From assembly GCA_023253175.1 (NCBI GenBank), contig JALRHH010000002.1:64199-128198 (forward strand): a stretch of 64,000 nt of DNA, written 5' to 3'. Made by a program: the position numbers and the translations under genes. The stretch comes from Candidatus Saccharimonadia bacterium (GTDB lineage: Bacteria > Patescibacteriota > Saccharimonadia > Saccharimonadales > JALRHH01). Positions within the stretch are counted from its first letter, which is position 1, and each line of letters opens with the position of its first letter. The notes under the pieces were generated by a model. It worked only from the letters and a program-made list of their open reading frames with translations, had not been told where the DNA came from and made no database searches. Shown piece by piece: positions 1 to 8,450 of the stretch.

Positions 1-392
1 TAAATCATGTCTGATTTCTGTATCTTGTCGAGGTTATAAAATATGGCGCTACCAGAATATGTAAAACGGTGACCGGCCAGCACTGTGTTACCGCCGAGGT
101 CAGGCTCGCCAGTACCCGGTATATGCCAGGCACCTTTGTTTAGACTTGTAATATTACCGTCATGAATAATCGTACGGAGATCAATTTTTGGTATTACAAG
201 CGTATTTTCAGCTGGAATCGAGTCGGTTACCGGCAAGACGGTAGCCGATTTTGCGCCAACCACCGGCGCATCGTGCTTGACCCACCAGCTTACTCCAGGC
301 ATAAATGGCAGTACAAATATATACAGTGCAGCCAGGATAACAAGTATTCCTAAGATGTTGTTTATTCGCTTATGGGTAATCACGCCCTTCAT
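1..392 (-). CDS. Sortase family transpeptidase, N-terminal part (rest of the gene lies left of the window)
   Basis: Not in the ORF track because there is no stop in the window. Manual reverse translation from ATG (392-390) gives MKGVITHKRINNILGILVILAALYIFVLPF (TM anchor) ... TLVIPKIDLRTIIHDGNITSLNKGAWHIPGTGEPDLGGNTVLAGHRFTYSGSAIFYNLDKIQKSDMI, open to base 2. This is the sortase N-half layout including the catalytic His in LAGHR. Confidence 0.8.
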   Translation of the reverse strand, partial: MKGVITHKRINNILGILVILAALYIFVLPFMPGVSWWVKHDAPVVGAKSATVLPVTDSIPAENTLVIPKIDLRTIIHDGNITSLNKGAWHIPGTGEPDLGGNTVLAGHRFTYSGSAIFYNLDKIQKSDMI

Positions 393-603
393 ATCTACAT
401 TATGTCACAGATAGTTTGAGTAGTTTTGGATATAAAACATATTGCATAATGTTCAGTAAGGTTGGATAATGTGTTTAGAACAAACAGCACACAGACAAGC
501 GACTAGGGGGCGGAGTTAACTAATCCTGGCGATTGACTGGGGTGAATTCTCCTACCAAATGACCTATTCACTTGCCTCACATAATGTAGTGAAGGAGGTC
601 GTT

Positions 604-3600
604 ATGCAAAAGATTAGTTTTGCTAGACTAAAACAAAGACTTAGTAGCGGCGCTATTGCAATGTTATTTATTGCCGCGCAGGTAGCTGCAATTGCCGTAC
701 CATTTATTAACCCCGCTGTCGCTGAGGCGGCACCTGTTTGTGTTAATGACCAGCAGCAAGCAAATGACGAGCCAGGCCAGAAGGATCTTACCCGCTTCTG
801 TGAAGATGCTGGTAACGGTTCAATTAGCTGGAACTGGGACGAACTCTCTGTGAACGGCGCAAATACGCTGGACGGCTGTGCGCTCTTTGATACAGATGGC
901 GACGGATTTGTTAACAGGTCCTTGTGTGTCTCCACTACTGATGGAGTGGCCTTCACAAAAACTATTTACACCTGTAACGACTCGCGAGTTGATCGCTGTT
1001 CAGGTGCAAATACCGGTAATCCAGCCACCTCAAGCTGTAGCTTAGCTGTAACGGCTACCCAGCCATTTGCCGCAGGCTCAAATTCACCTAACGACCTAAC
1101 TGCAACTTGTTCACCGACTGCAGCCGATACTGCCGGAGGTGATCTTATTGATGTCTGTTCTTACCCATCCGGTCAGCCTAATTCAGACCCATCTGACTGT
1201 ATTGTGTATAAGAAAAGTACTGCAAAGATTGAAGTCCGTAAGGTTCTATCACCAACTACTGACCTCGGTCTTTTTGACCTAAAGATCAATGGCACCACCT
1301 ATGCAGACAATGTCGGTAATGGTGGCACGACCGGTGAAGTCGTCGTAGGTGCCGGTAGCGTGACCGTGCTAGAGGCCGAAAATGCCCCAACTGACCTCGC
1401 TGGCTACACCACCACATTGGTTTGCCGCACCCTCAATGGCACTAACCAGACTGCGCTGATTTCGACTTCCCCTACCGGGGCTGACACACGCCAGGGCAGC
1501 TTCACCGCTAATGACGGTGACGACATTGTTTGTATCTTCACCAACACCCTCCAGACTGGCAGCATTAAGGTCGTCAAAGACGTTATTAATGATAATGGCG
1601 GCACAAAGACATACGCTGACTTCCACTTTACGCTTGGCGGTAACCAATATTCATTCGACCCAACGACCTCCCCTGACGGCGAAAAGACCGTTACGTTGCC
1701 TGTCGGATCAGGACCATTTACGGTTACCGAACCAGAAGCCAACACAATGGGCTATGCAACAACTTACAGTAACTGTGCGAACCTAACCGTTGTAGCAGGC
1801 CAGACCCAGACCTGTACGATTACCAATAACGATGTAAGTCCAACACTAACACTCGTAAAGACCGTCGTTAACAACAATGGTGGCACGGCAACTTCGGCAA
1901 ACTTCCAGGGTAAAATTGATTCCAACGAAGTTGCGTGGAGTACTGCAGTTCCCCTCAGCGCCGGTGCACACACCGCCAGCGAAGCGGCTATCTTGCCAGG
2001 CGGTGCTGGATATAGTGCTGGCTCCTGGACCGGTGACTGTGCGGCAAATGGCAGTATTACCCTTAACCTTGGCCAAAATGCCACTTGCTACATCACTAAC
2101 GACGATGTTGCACCAAGCTTAACATTGAACAAAATTGTCTCGAATACTCACGGCGGCACAGCAAGTGCAATAGACTGGATGCTCACCGCGAATGGCCCCT
2201 CACCTCTTTCTGGTGCTGGTGCAGATGGCACTAACGATGTAGTAAGCGGTCCTAGCTTCCAGGCCGGTACGTATACTCTCAGTGAGAGCGGTGGCATTAG
2301 CGGATACTCAGCTAGTGACTGGAGCTGTACTAACGGCATCACAGTTACCAACAACCAAATCACCTTAAAGACAGGTGACACAACAACCTGTACGATCATC
2401 AATAGTGATATTGCACCGATCATCACGATCATTAAACAAGTGCTTAACCCATACGGATCTGCTCTCGCTGCGTCAGCCTTTCCACTATTTGTAGATGGCA
2501 ATAGCGTTACGAGCGGTCAAGCAAACACACAGTTTAACGCTGGTTCGCACATCGTTACCGAAACACAGCAAAATGGCTATGAGTTTACGAGCTTTACTGG
2601 CGACAACTGTAGCATCGTAGATGGCGTTTGGACCGCAGTTGGCTACATCGGCGGCACCACTACTTGTACCATTACAAACACCGCTATTCAGCCTAAGCTG
2701 ATCGTCAAAAAGCACGTCATCAACGACAATGGCGGCACTAAATCAGCTGACGACTTCCAAATGACCGTAAGTGGCACCAGCGTTAGTAGCACGCAATTTG
2801 CGGGCGACGAGGATGGCACAACCGTCTACCTAAGTGAAGGTACGTACAGTGTCGACGAGCTTGCCGACAATGGCTACGCAAAAACGCTCAGCAAGGATTG
2901 TAGTGGCAGCATAAAAATTGGCGAAACTAAGACCTGTACAATCACCAATGATGACAAAGCTGGCAAGCTAACGGTTAACAAGGTTGTTAAGGGCGGTGAT
3001 AGCGAAGCGGATGACTTTAGCTTCAAGATCGATGGCAGCGAAACAGAATACAACTTCGTAAACGGCCAAACTACCGACGAAGGTAGTGTCAGCATTGAAT
3101 TAGATGCAGGCACCTACTCTGCAACAGAAAACGAAGCATACGGCTACGACAAAGATGACAGTGAATGTAAAAATGTAGTTGTGAGCAATGGATCAGAAGC
3201 TAGCTGTACCATCACCAACACAGCTCAGCGCAAGATTACCATCTGTCACGCTACTGCGGCAGTCAAGAATCCATACAACACGATTTCCGTGCCAATATCT
3301 GCTGTTGACGGCGTTGCCGGCAACGAGGCCGGACAAGGCGACCACTACGGTGAGCACCAGGGTCCAATCTTTGATGCGAGTGTGAACCAGAACGGCGATA
3401 ACTGGGGAGACATTATCCCACCAGTACCTCCATACCACGAAGGCCTTAACTGGACCGAAGATGGCCAAGCAGCCTACGAGAACCACTGTACTCCTCCTGC
3501 TAAAGTTATCGTTACTAAGTACAACGACCTAAACCGTAACGGTGTACACGATGAAGATGAGCCACTACTTCCCGACTGGGAGTTCACCCTACAGGAAGAA

Positions 3601-4500
3601 TGTGAAGAGATAGAGCTTGGTGACTTCTTGGCACAGGCCCTAGTTCTTGATGGAGGATGTTACAACAAGACACAGACAACCCTTGAAGATGGCACCACCA
3701 CCTTTACCGGCGTTAAAACAGATCATGTCTACGAGCTATCCGAAACAATTCCAGAAAACAGCAACTGGCACCTCAGCAATATCACTTGTGATGATGAGGG
3801 CGAAGGACAAATTGGCCGTACCATTGACGATGAGTACTACCTCTATCCAGAGTTCCCAGGCGCAACCATCAACTGCGAAGTCGGAAACTACCGTGATGCA
3901 GTACTTGATATTACTAAGGTTAATAATCGACCAAACGCAACGGTTGTGGGTGACACTGTTACCTACACTCTAACCGTGAGCCTTCCACAAGAAAGTGGCA
4001 AGGTATTCGGCACAACCGTGACTGATCTTCCTCCGGAAGGATTCACCTACGTACCAGGCAGCTGGACCGCAGTATCCAACCTGCGTGGCAATATCAAAAA
4101 CATCGTTACAACAGAACCGACGTATGGCTCACCTGGCGTCTGGATACTTGGCGATATGCTTCCTGGTGAAGTTGTCACACTTACCTACCAAACACTAATC
4201 ACATCAGCTGTAAGTGATGGTACATACCCAGATATTGCATTCGCAGAGGGCTGCGATGTACCGATAGACGGAGAGACTGAATGCGGCGAAGGTGCAGTAT
4301 ATGCAAATGTTCGAACCTCAGATGATGATCCATTTGTAGGTACAACGGTAACCGTAGCTTCAGCTCCGCTAAAACCAGCCGTCATAACCCAGCTCGTGAA
4401 CACCGGTAGCAATACCCTGATTAATGCGCTCATAGCAATAACCCTCACAGGAGCGGCCTTTGTCACACTTGTCCGCCGCGAACAGAAAGGAGCAAAGTAA
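604..4500 (+). CDS. Giant sortase-anchored cell-surface protein (7 tandem Ig/Cna-B-like repeats, ICH..NPY module, SdrD-B-like and DUF11-like domains, LVNTG sorting signal)
   Basis: ORF 559-4500. GGAGG at 593-597 favours ATG 604 (MQKISFARLK.. plus hydrophobic signal). Repeats each end in xTCTITN. Further motifs are KITICHATAAVKNPYNTISV, DLNRNGVHDEDE (Ca-site-like) and LDITKVNN..VGDTVTYTLTV. The C-terminus has LVNTG (4393-4407), a hydrophobic helix and RREQKGAK. Confidence 0.85.
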   Translation: MQKISFARLKQRLSSGAIAMLFIAAQVAAIAVPFINPAVAEAAPVCVNDQQQANDEPGQKDLTRFCEDAGNGSISWNWDELSVNGANTLDGCALFDTDGDGFVNRSLCVSTTDGVAFTKTIYTCNDSRVDRCSGANTGNPATSSCSLAVTATQPFAAGSNSPNDLTATCSPTAADTAGGDLIDVCSYPSGQPNSDPSDCIVYKKSTAKIEVRKVLSPTTDLGLFDLKINGTTYADNVGNGGTTGEVVVGAGSVTVLEAENAPTDLAGYTTTLVCRTLNGTNQTALISTSPTGADTRQGSFTANDGDDIVCIFTNTLQTGSIKVVKDVINDNGGTKTYADFHFTLGGNQYSFDPTTSPDGEKTVTLPVGSGPFTVTEPEANTMGYATTYSNCANLTVVAGQTQTCTITNNDVSPTLTLVKTVVNNNGGTATSANFQGKIDSNEVAWSTAVPLSAGAHTASEAAILPGGAGYSAGSWTGDCAANGSITLNLGQNATCYITNDDVAPSLTLNKIVSNTHGGTASAIDWMLTANGPSPLSGAGADGTNDVVSGPSFQAGTYTLSESGGISGYSASDWSCTNGITVTNNQITLKTGDTTTCTIINSDIAPIITIIKQVLNPYGSALAASAFPLFVDGNSVTSGQANTQFNAGSHIVTETQQNGYEFTSFTGDNCSIVDGVWTAVGYIGGTTTCTITNTAIQPKLIVKKHVINDNGGTKSADDFQMTVSGTSVSSTQFAGDEDGTTVYLSEGTYSVDELADNGYAKTLSKDCSGSIKIGETKTCTITNDDKAGKLTVNKVVKGGDSEADDFSFKIDGSETEYNFVNGQTTDEGSVSIELDAGTYSATENEAYGYDKDDSECKNVVVSNGSEASCTITNTAQRKITICHATAAVKNPYNTISVPISAVDGVAGNEAGQGDHYGEHQGPIFDASVNQNGDNWGDIIPPVPPYHEGLNWTEDGQAAYENHCTPPAKVIVTKYNDLNRNGVHDEDEPLLPDWEFTLQEECEEIELGDFLAQALVLDGGCYNKTQTTLEDGTTTFTGVKTDHVYELSETIPENSNWHLSNITCDDEGEGQIGRTIDDEYYLYPEFPGATINCEVGNYRDAVLDITKVNNRPNATVVGDTVTYTLTVSLPQESGKVFGTTVTDLPPEGFTYVPGSWTAVSNLRGNIKNIVTTEPTYGSPGVWILGDMLPGEVVTLTYQTLITSAVSDGTYPDIAFAEGCDVPIDGETECGEGAVYANVRTSDDDPFVGTTVTVASAPLKPAVITQLVNTGSNTLINALIAITLTGAAFVTLVRREQKGAK
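1225..3222 (+). repeat. Seven tandem intragenic repeats of ~86-109 aa inside the surface protein
   Basis: Units start with a beta-strand like KIEVRKV / SIKVVKDVINDNGGTK / LTLVKTVVNNNGGTA / LTLNKIVSNTHGGTA / IITIIKQVLNPYGS / KLIVKKHVINDNGGTK / KLTVNKVVKGGDSE. Units end in CIFTNT / CTITNND / CYITNDD / CTIINSD / CTITNTA / CTITNDD / CTITNTA (aa 223-888 of the 559 frame). Confidence 0.85.
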
Positions 4501-5216
4501 TGAAAAAGTTATTACTTTTCGTAGCAAGTGTTTTCAGCCTTGCGGTAGTATTTGGAACATCTGGATTGGCAGCAACACCAACTAACTCATGGAAGGTCGA
4601 GCTCTACACCCCTGCACTTTCAGACACCAAACGCTCACTTAATATCGAGTACAAAGTACTTTCTATTAATGAAGCGGACAATACTTACAGTGTAAAACTC
4701 TTCCAGAACGATGTAGAGGTTAGCAACCAAGCGCTCAACCACCCCTACGGTGATTCAGGCGTATTTAGCGTCTCCCTGCCAGCTAACGGCACGTACACCT
4801 ACAAAGTATCAGTAGATAATGTTAATGCAGGCCAGACGAAGGTTAGCAGCAGTAAAAGCGTTACCATCGTAAACGGCCCCCAGCCAATTGTTACCACTAC
4901 AGCGGTAAGTAATAGCGGGCAAGCAGCAACTGGTACTACAGCGGCCGCAGATGGCTCACAGGCGGCAGTCGCAGGTGCCAATACAGGAGCTACTGGCACC
5001 AACGCCGCTCCTGGTAGTACCGAGGACGCCAGTAACGATGGCAAAGTGACTGACGAAGCAGCCAACACTGACAAAAAGGACGGCCAGGCACTTGGTGCAG
5101 CAACAAACAAGAACAATGCCTCAGGTAATACCAAGTGGTTTATCCTGGGGGCAGTTATCCTTGGGCTAGGTGCCGGAGCCTACTACTGGCTTATGCGACG
5201 CGGACGTGAAGCGTAG
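4500..5216 (+). CDS. Secreted, C-terminally membrane-anchored protein with A/T/G-rich linker
   Basis: The ATG overlaps the upstream stop (TAATG), suggesting translational coupling. Signal peptide MKKLLLFVASVFSLAVVFGTSGLA, low-complexity TTAVSNSGQAATGTTAAADGSQAAVAGANTGATG linker, C-terminal TM WFILGAVILGLGAGAYYWL plus RRGREA. No LPXTG motif. Confidence 0.7.
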   Translation: MKKLLLFVASVFSLAVVFGTSGLAATPTNSWKVELYTPALSDTKRSLNIEYKVLSINEADNTYSVKLFQNDVEVSNQALNHPYGDSGVFSVSLPANGTYTYKVSVDNVNAGQTKVSSSKSVTIVNGPQPIVTTTAVSNSGQAATGTTAAADGSQAAVAGANTGATGTNAAPGSTEDASNDGKVTDEAANTDKKDGQALGAATNKNNASGNTKWFILGAVILGLGAGAYYWLMRRGREA

Positions 5217-5243
5217 CGAACAAAATTAAACACCAAAATGTGA

Positions 5244-5268
5244 AACTCCCCAGAATATGGGGAGTTTT
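5244..5268 (+). terminator. Rho-independent terminator after the surface-protein operon
   Basis: Stem aactcccc / ggggagtt with a 7-nt loop, followed by TTTT. Confidence 0.7.
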
Positions 5269-5279
5269 CGTGTGATGTA

Positions 5280-5452
5280 AATAATGGGAATTATTTCATA
5301 TATTCTTGCGGCGTGCTCGGTGCAAGCACCTGTGCGCGTCCTCGAATATGACCTCCACGACCTATGCATCTTTTGCTAGAGCAAAATCTGCGGTCGTGAG
5401 TTCTATTCATAAGCCCAAAAGAAAAACCCATCACTAGGATGGGTTTTTCTTT
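5280..5452. repeat. tRNA-3'-flanking structured element, copy 1 (next to tRNA-His)
   Basis: The left edge aataatgggaatt (5280-5292) is an exact 13-nt direct copy of tRNA-His acceptor/T-stem DNA at 5460-5472. The body shares block gtgctcggtgcaagcacctgtgcgcgtcctc with the copy at 49286. It has a 7-bp outer stem cacgacc/ggtcgtg enclosing hairpin ttttgc-taga-gcaaaa, as in the copies at 16393 and 49286. Confidence 0.65.
5422..5448 (-). terminator. Bidirectional hairpin terminator 3' of tRNA-His
   Basis: aaaaaccca-tcactagga-tgggttttt, with A/T runs on both sides. Confidence 0.6.
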
Positions 5453-5530
5453 TGGGGCGAATAATGGGAATTGAACCCACGACCTCCTGGACCACAATCA
5501 GGCGCTCTAACCAACTGAGCTATATCCGCC
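5453..5530 (-). tRNA. tRNA-His (GTG)
   Basis: The reverse complement folds as a cloverleaf: G-1 plus acceptor GCGGATA/TATTCGC, D arm GCTC-AGTTGGTTA-GAGC, anticodon loop TTGTGGT (GTG), T arm GTGGG-TTCAATT-CCCAT, discriminator C, encoded CCA. The extra 5' G pairing with C73 is the His hallmark. Confidence 0.9.
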
Positions 5531-5629
5531 ATATACTTAACATGTTAAGTAATGTATTTGTACGTTCGCAATTTGCGATTTACGGGATGATTATAACAGA
5601 GGTACGCAGAAAGAGCAAAGCTTGCATAG

Positions 5630-6394
5630 CTAGCTAGCCGATACCGATGGTCTTACTGTTGCCCAGACACCCCGATGATCAGCCGCATCACTCTCAAATA
5701 CACCGGCATCAAGCACCTCGCAGCCTCTCACGTAGATACGGTCAGAGGCAGTACCATGCGGGAGGATCAACTTCTTTACGGGACTGTAGAATATATCCCG
5801 ATAGGCATCAACGGGGTGTGTCTTCGGCTCTGGCAACCCCAATAGCTCAAACACAGAAACAAAGCCAGCATCCCTGATAAGCCTATTAGGCTTCTGCCAT
5901 CCAACGGCATTTAGGTCGCCCATAAGAGCAGCACACTCTTGGCCAACGACTCGCCCCAAAAAGTCTTCAGTCTGTTCGGAGCGCATCGGTCCAAATATCT
6001 CATGCCTGTTATGGAATCCCACGACCGCTAGAGAGCCTATCTTTGTGAATACAGCTACTTTGTCGTGCCTAGTCTGCACTTCCTCTACTGACGCAACCTT
6101 GGTACCAAACATACCTATATGCTCGCCGCCACGTCTAGTAGTATTGTGATTAAACCAAGTACCCGGCCTGTGCCCAAGTCGAGTTGCGATATACTCTCCA
6201 TGCTTGTTCTGTACCTCTTGTAGGCAAACTGCATCAAGCGGCACCCCTATATTCATGAGCGTCTCTACGTGGATATCGATTCGCTCCTTTTGCTCGGGAA
6301 TATACTGTGGGGAGTCTACTGGAAATTTACGGCGTTTGTAGTCAAGCAATATATTCCAGCTGACAAGTGTTGTTTCAGACTCATTCTCTCTCAT
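5630..6394 (-). CDS. Endonuclease/exonuclease/phosphatase (EEP) family protein
   Basis: 254 aa. Motifs WNILLDY, DAVCLQEV, GDLNA and C-terminal SDAADHRGVWA match the EEP fold catalytic set. Confidence 0.7.
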   Translation of the reverse strand: MRENESETTLVSWNILLDYKRRKFPVDSPQYIPEQKERIDIHVETLMNIGVPLDAVCLQEVQNKHGEYIATRLGHRPGTWFNHNTTRRGGEHIGMFGTKVASVEEVQTRHDKVAVFTKIGSLAVVGFHNRHEIFGPMRSEQTEDFLGRVVGQECAALMGDLNAVGWQKPNRLIRDAGFVSVFELLGLPEPKTHPVDAYRDIFYSPVKKLILPHGTASDRIYVRGCEVLDAGVFESDAADHRGVWATVRPSVSAS

Positions 6395-6457
6395 GCTGCA
6401 AGTATACGCTCGATTTTCAAATAAAAAAGTCCAGCCTTATGACCGAACCTTTTTATT

Positions 6458-6534
6458 TGGTGCCCCGAGGTGGATTCGAACCACCGACCTTAGGCTTAGA
6501 AGTCCTCTGCTCTATCCAGCTGAGCTATCAGGGC
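6458..6534 (-). tRNA. tRNA-Arg (TCT)
   Basis: Acceptor GCCCTGA/TCGGGGC, D arm GCTC-AGCTGGATA-GAGC, anticodon loop CTTCTAA (TCT), T arm GGTGG-TTCGAAT-CCACC, discriminator A, encoded CCA. The anticodon stem (GAGGA/GCCTA) has mismatches at both ends. Confidence 0.8.
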
Positions 6535-6641
6535 GCATTAATACATATAACAGAGGTGATTATACCATAGTCTATATACAGTGCTTACCAATGAATGTAC
6601 GTAGGTATATCTTTTAACCTGCAAACATTATACTGGTACTC

Positions 6642-7190
6642 ATGACGCAGTATGTAGCGCTTATCAGAGGCATTGGACCGGGTGACCCTCGAAAGACAAA
6701 CGAGAAACTCTGTATGGTGCTCAGAAAGTTAGGTTTTTCAAATGTGCAATCCGTTATCTCAAGTGGCAATATCATATTCGAATCTGATGAAATCGACCCA
6801 TTCAGGCTTGAGTGTATGATCGAGGAAGCCTGGCCAAGACTACTTGGCTTCCAGGCAACAACTATTGTACGCAGTCAAGCACAGCTGCAGAGCATACTAG
6901 ACATTGACCCATTTGGCGGTAGACCACATACCGCACAGTCATATCTGCTTATGACATTCATGAAGCGGCCGACAAACCCAAAATTTATCCTGCCCTTCCA
7001 GCCGGCCGGAAAACCGTATACTATTATTGGCTATAACGGCGGTGTTCTATTCAGCATTACCGATAATACACTCATGAAAACCACTGACTTAATGTCATGG
7101 CTTGAGCGGCAATTTAGCAAAGATATCACCTCTCGCACGCCCCTAACTATCCAGCAGATCCTGAAAAGAATGGCTACGCAAAGTTCTTAG
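6642..7190 (+). CDS. DUF1697 family protein
   Basis: 182 aa. The N-terminus MTQYVALIRGIGPG...KL..VLRKLGFSNVQSVISSGNIIF is typical of DUF1697 (recalled from memory). Confidence 0.6.
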   Translation: MTQYVALIRGIGPGDPRKTNEKLCMVLRKLGFSNVQSVISSGNIIFESDEIDPFRLECMIEEAWPRLLGFQATTIVRSQAQLQSILDIDPFGGRPHTAQSYLLMTFMKRPTNPKFILPFQPAGKPYTIIGYNGGVLFSITDNTLMKTTDLMSWLERQFSKDITSRTPLTIQQILKRMATQSS

Positions 7191-7198
7191 CGACCGGC

Positions 7199-7579
7199 CT
7201 AGCCTTCGACCGCCACCTCAAAGCCGCCATACGCCATTTTTCTCATATCGTTTGGCATCTCAAAGCCGACCTGATCACTGTATGACTCGTCCATCTCGGC
7301 CATAACTTTTGCATTAACTTCATCGCGGTGCGCCTTGGATTCAAACACAATGAAAGAAAACCAGACATTATCATCATCACTTGCACCCGTCATTTCTTTG
7401 TAGGCACGTGATTTTTGGTCACCCATTTCCTGTTGCTCCAGGTCATCACCACGGCACTCAAAATACTGAAGCGCGCCGTGCTTCATCCACGACTCACGAC
7501 CCATTTTGGCCATTTCTTCGTATTCAGCCTCTTTACCCTTAGGCACCACCAAAACAAATCCATCTACGTATTTAGCCAT
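7199..7579 (-). CDS. DUF1428 family protein
   Basis: 126 aa. MAKYVDGFVLVVPKGKEAEYEEMA...HGALQYFEC resembles DUF1428 (recalled from memory). Confidence 0.6.
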   Translation of the reverse strand: MAKYVDGFVLVVPKGKEAEYEEMAKMGRESWMKHGALQYFECRGDDLEQQEMGDQKSRAYKEMTGASDDDNVWFSFIVFESKAHRDEVNAKVMAEMDESYSDQVGFEMPNDMRKMAYGGFEVAVEG

Positions 7580-7668
7580 ATGATCTACCCTTCTCTTAAC
7601 ATTGTAGCTGTTCTAATTTTATCATTTGGGCAAGTCTGCTAGGTCGTATGGATCCTAAGAATTTGAAA

Positions 7669-8265
7669 TTAGATTTTGGATACCTGTTCTATGAGTTCAA
7701 GTCGCCCCACAACACTATTCTTCGCAAGCAGCGTACCAGGACTGGTTACTGCATTTGCGCCAACCTTAGTCCCGTCCCCTATTAAAGCTCCGAATTTCAC
7801 ACTATCGATACGTGCATTTTCGCCATCTACTCGCACAAAAATTGTCTTGTCTTCTCTCTCGTTATAGTGATTTGCGGTAATTGCACCTGCTTCAAAATTA
7901 ACCCCCGAACCAATGACGCTGTCACCTATGAAATTAAAATGGGCAAAAGAAGAGTTGCTGCCTATAAGTGCGTGCTTTATCTCACACGATGGCCCGACAC
8001 TGACGTTAGCCTCTAGGTATACCCCAGCGCGCAGCAAACTGTGAGGACCAATAAAGCAATCTGCACCAATGATAGCCGGAGCCTTTATAGTTGCGGTCGG
8101 ATCAACGATCGCAGTATTGTGAATGGCCACACCATCATGTAGGACATATTCATCACCAAGCTCAGCAAGCTGTTTCTGTATTGCATCTTCTAAATTAGCA
8201 AGTATGTGCCAGGGTTCAATATCTTGTTCAAGCCTAAGCGTTGCGCAGTAATCACTTGTTTTCAT
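7669..8265 (-). CDS. Left-handed beta-helix (hexapeptide-repeat) transferase family protein
   Basis: 198 aa with serial [LIV]-G-x-x-x-x hexapeptide-like turns (IGADCFIGPHSLL, VSVGPSCEI, IGSNSSFAHFNFIGDSVIGSGVNFEAGAI). Confidence 0.6.
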   Translation of the reverse strand: MKTSDYCATLRLEQDIEPWHILANLEDAIQKQLAELGDEYVLHDGVAIHNTAIVDPTATIKAPAIIGADCFIGPHSLLRAGVYLEANVSVGPSCEIKHALIGSNSSFAHFNFIGDSVIGSGVNFEAGAITANHYNEREDKTIFVRVDGENARIDSVKFGALIGDGTKVGANAVTSPGTLLAKNSVVGRLELIEQVSKI

Positions 8266-8277
8266 TCCTTCATAATA

Positions 8278-8313
8278 CCAAAAATGCTCAGCCTTACGTG
8301 CAGACTGAGCATT
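8278..8313 (-). terminator. Hairpin terminator downstream of the three-gene cassette
   Basis: Perfect 9-bp stem aatgctcag/ctgagcatt (8283-8291 / 8305-8313), followed on the minus strand by TTTTT. It lies only 13 nt upstream of the next gene start. Confidence 0.5.
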
Positions 8314-8450
8314 AGACTATACAAATGTGGTGCGATACCTGGGTAAATTTTTGCACGAAATTGATGATGAAATAGATAGATGGAGAGAGATTCTCACTGT
8401 CCCTTACACTCAATACAAACTATCCAAGTAAGTGTAGGGATTTACATAGG

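Noticed and set aside
559-603. Upstream ATG (559) as the start of the giant surface protein
   Set aside because: GGAGG at 593-597 is correctly spaced for ATG 604, which begins a basic-then-hydrophobic signal sequence. The 15 extra residues have no such features.
4500-5216. Second sortase substrate downstream of the giant protein
   Set aside because: No LPxTG/LVNTG-like motif precedes the C-terminal TM helix. It is treated as a simple TM-anchored protein.
5291-5637. ORFs 5291-5497(-) and 5452-5637(+), and likewise 6367-6617(+), 16451-16666(+), 49259-49483(-)
   Set aside because: They run through tRNA genes, terminator hairpins or the tRNA-flanking repeat. They have no RBS, and their translations are basic, low-complexity read-through of structured RNA DNA.
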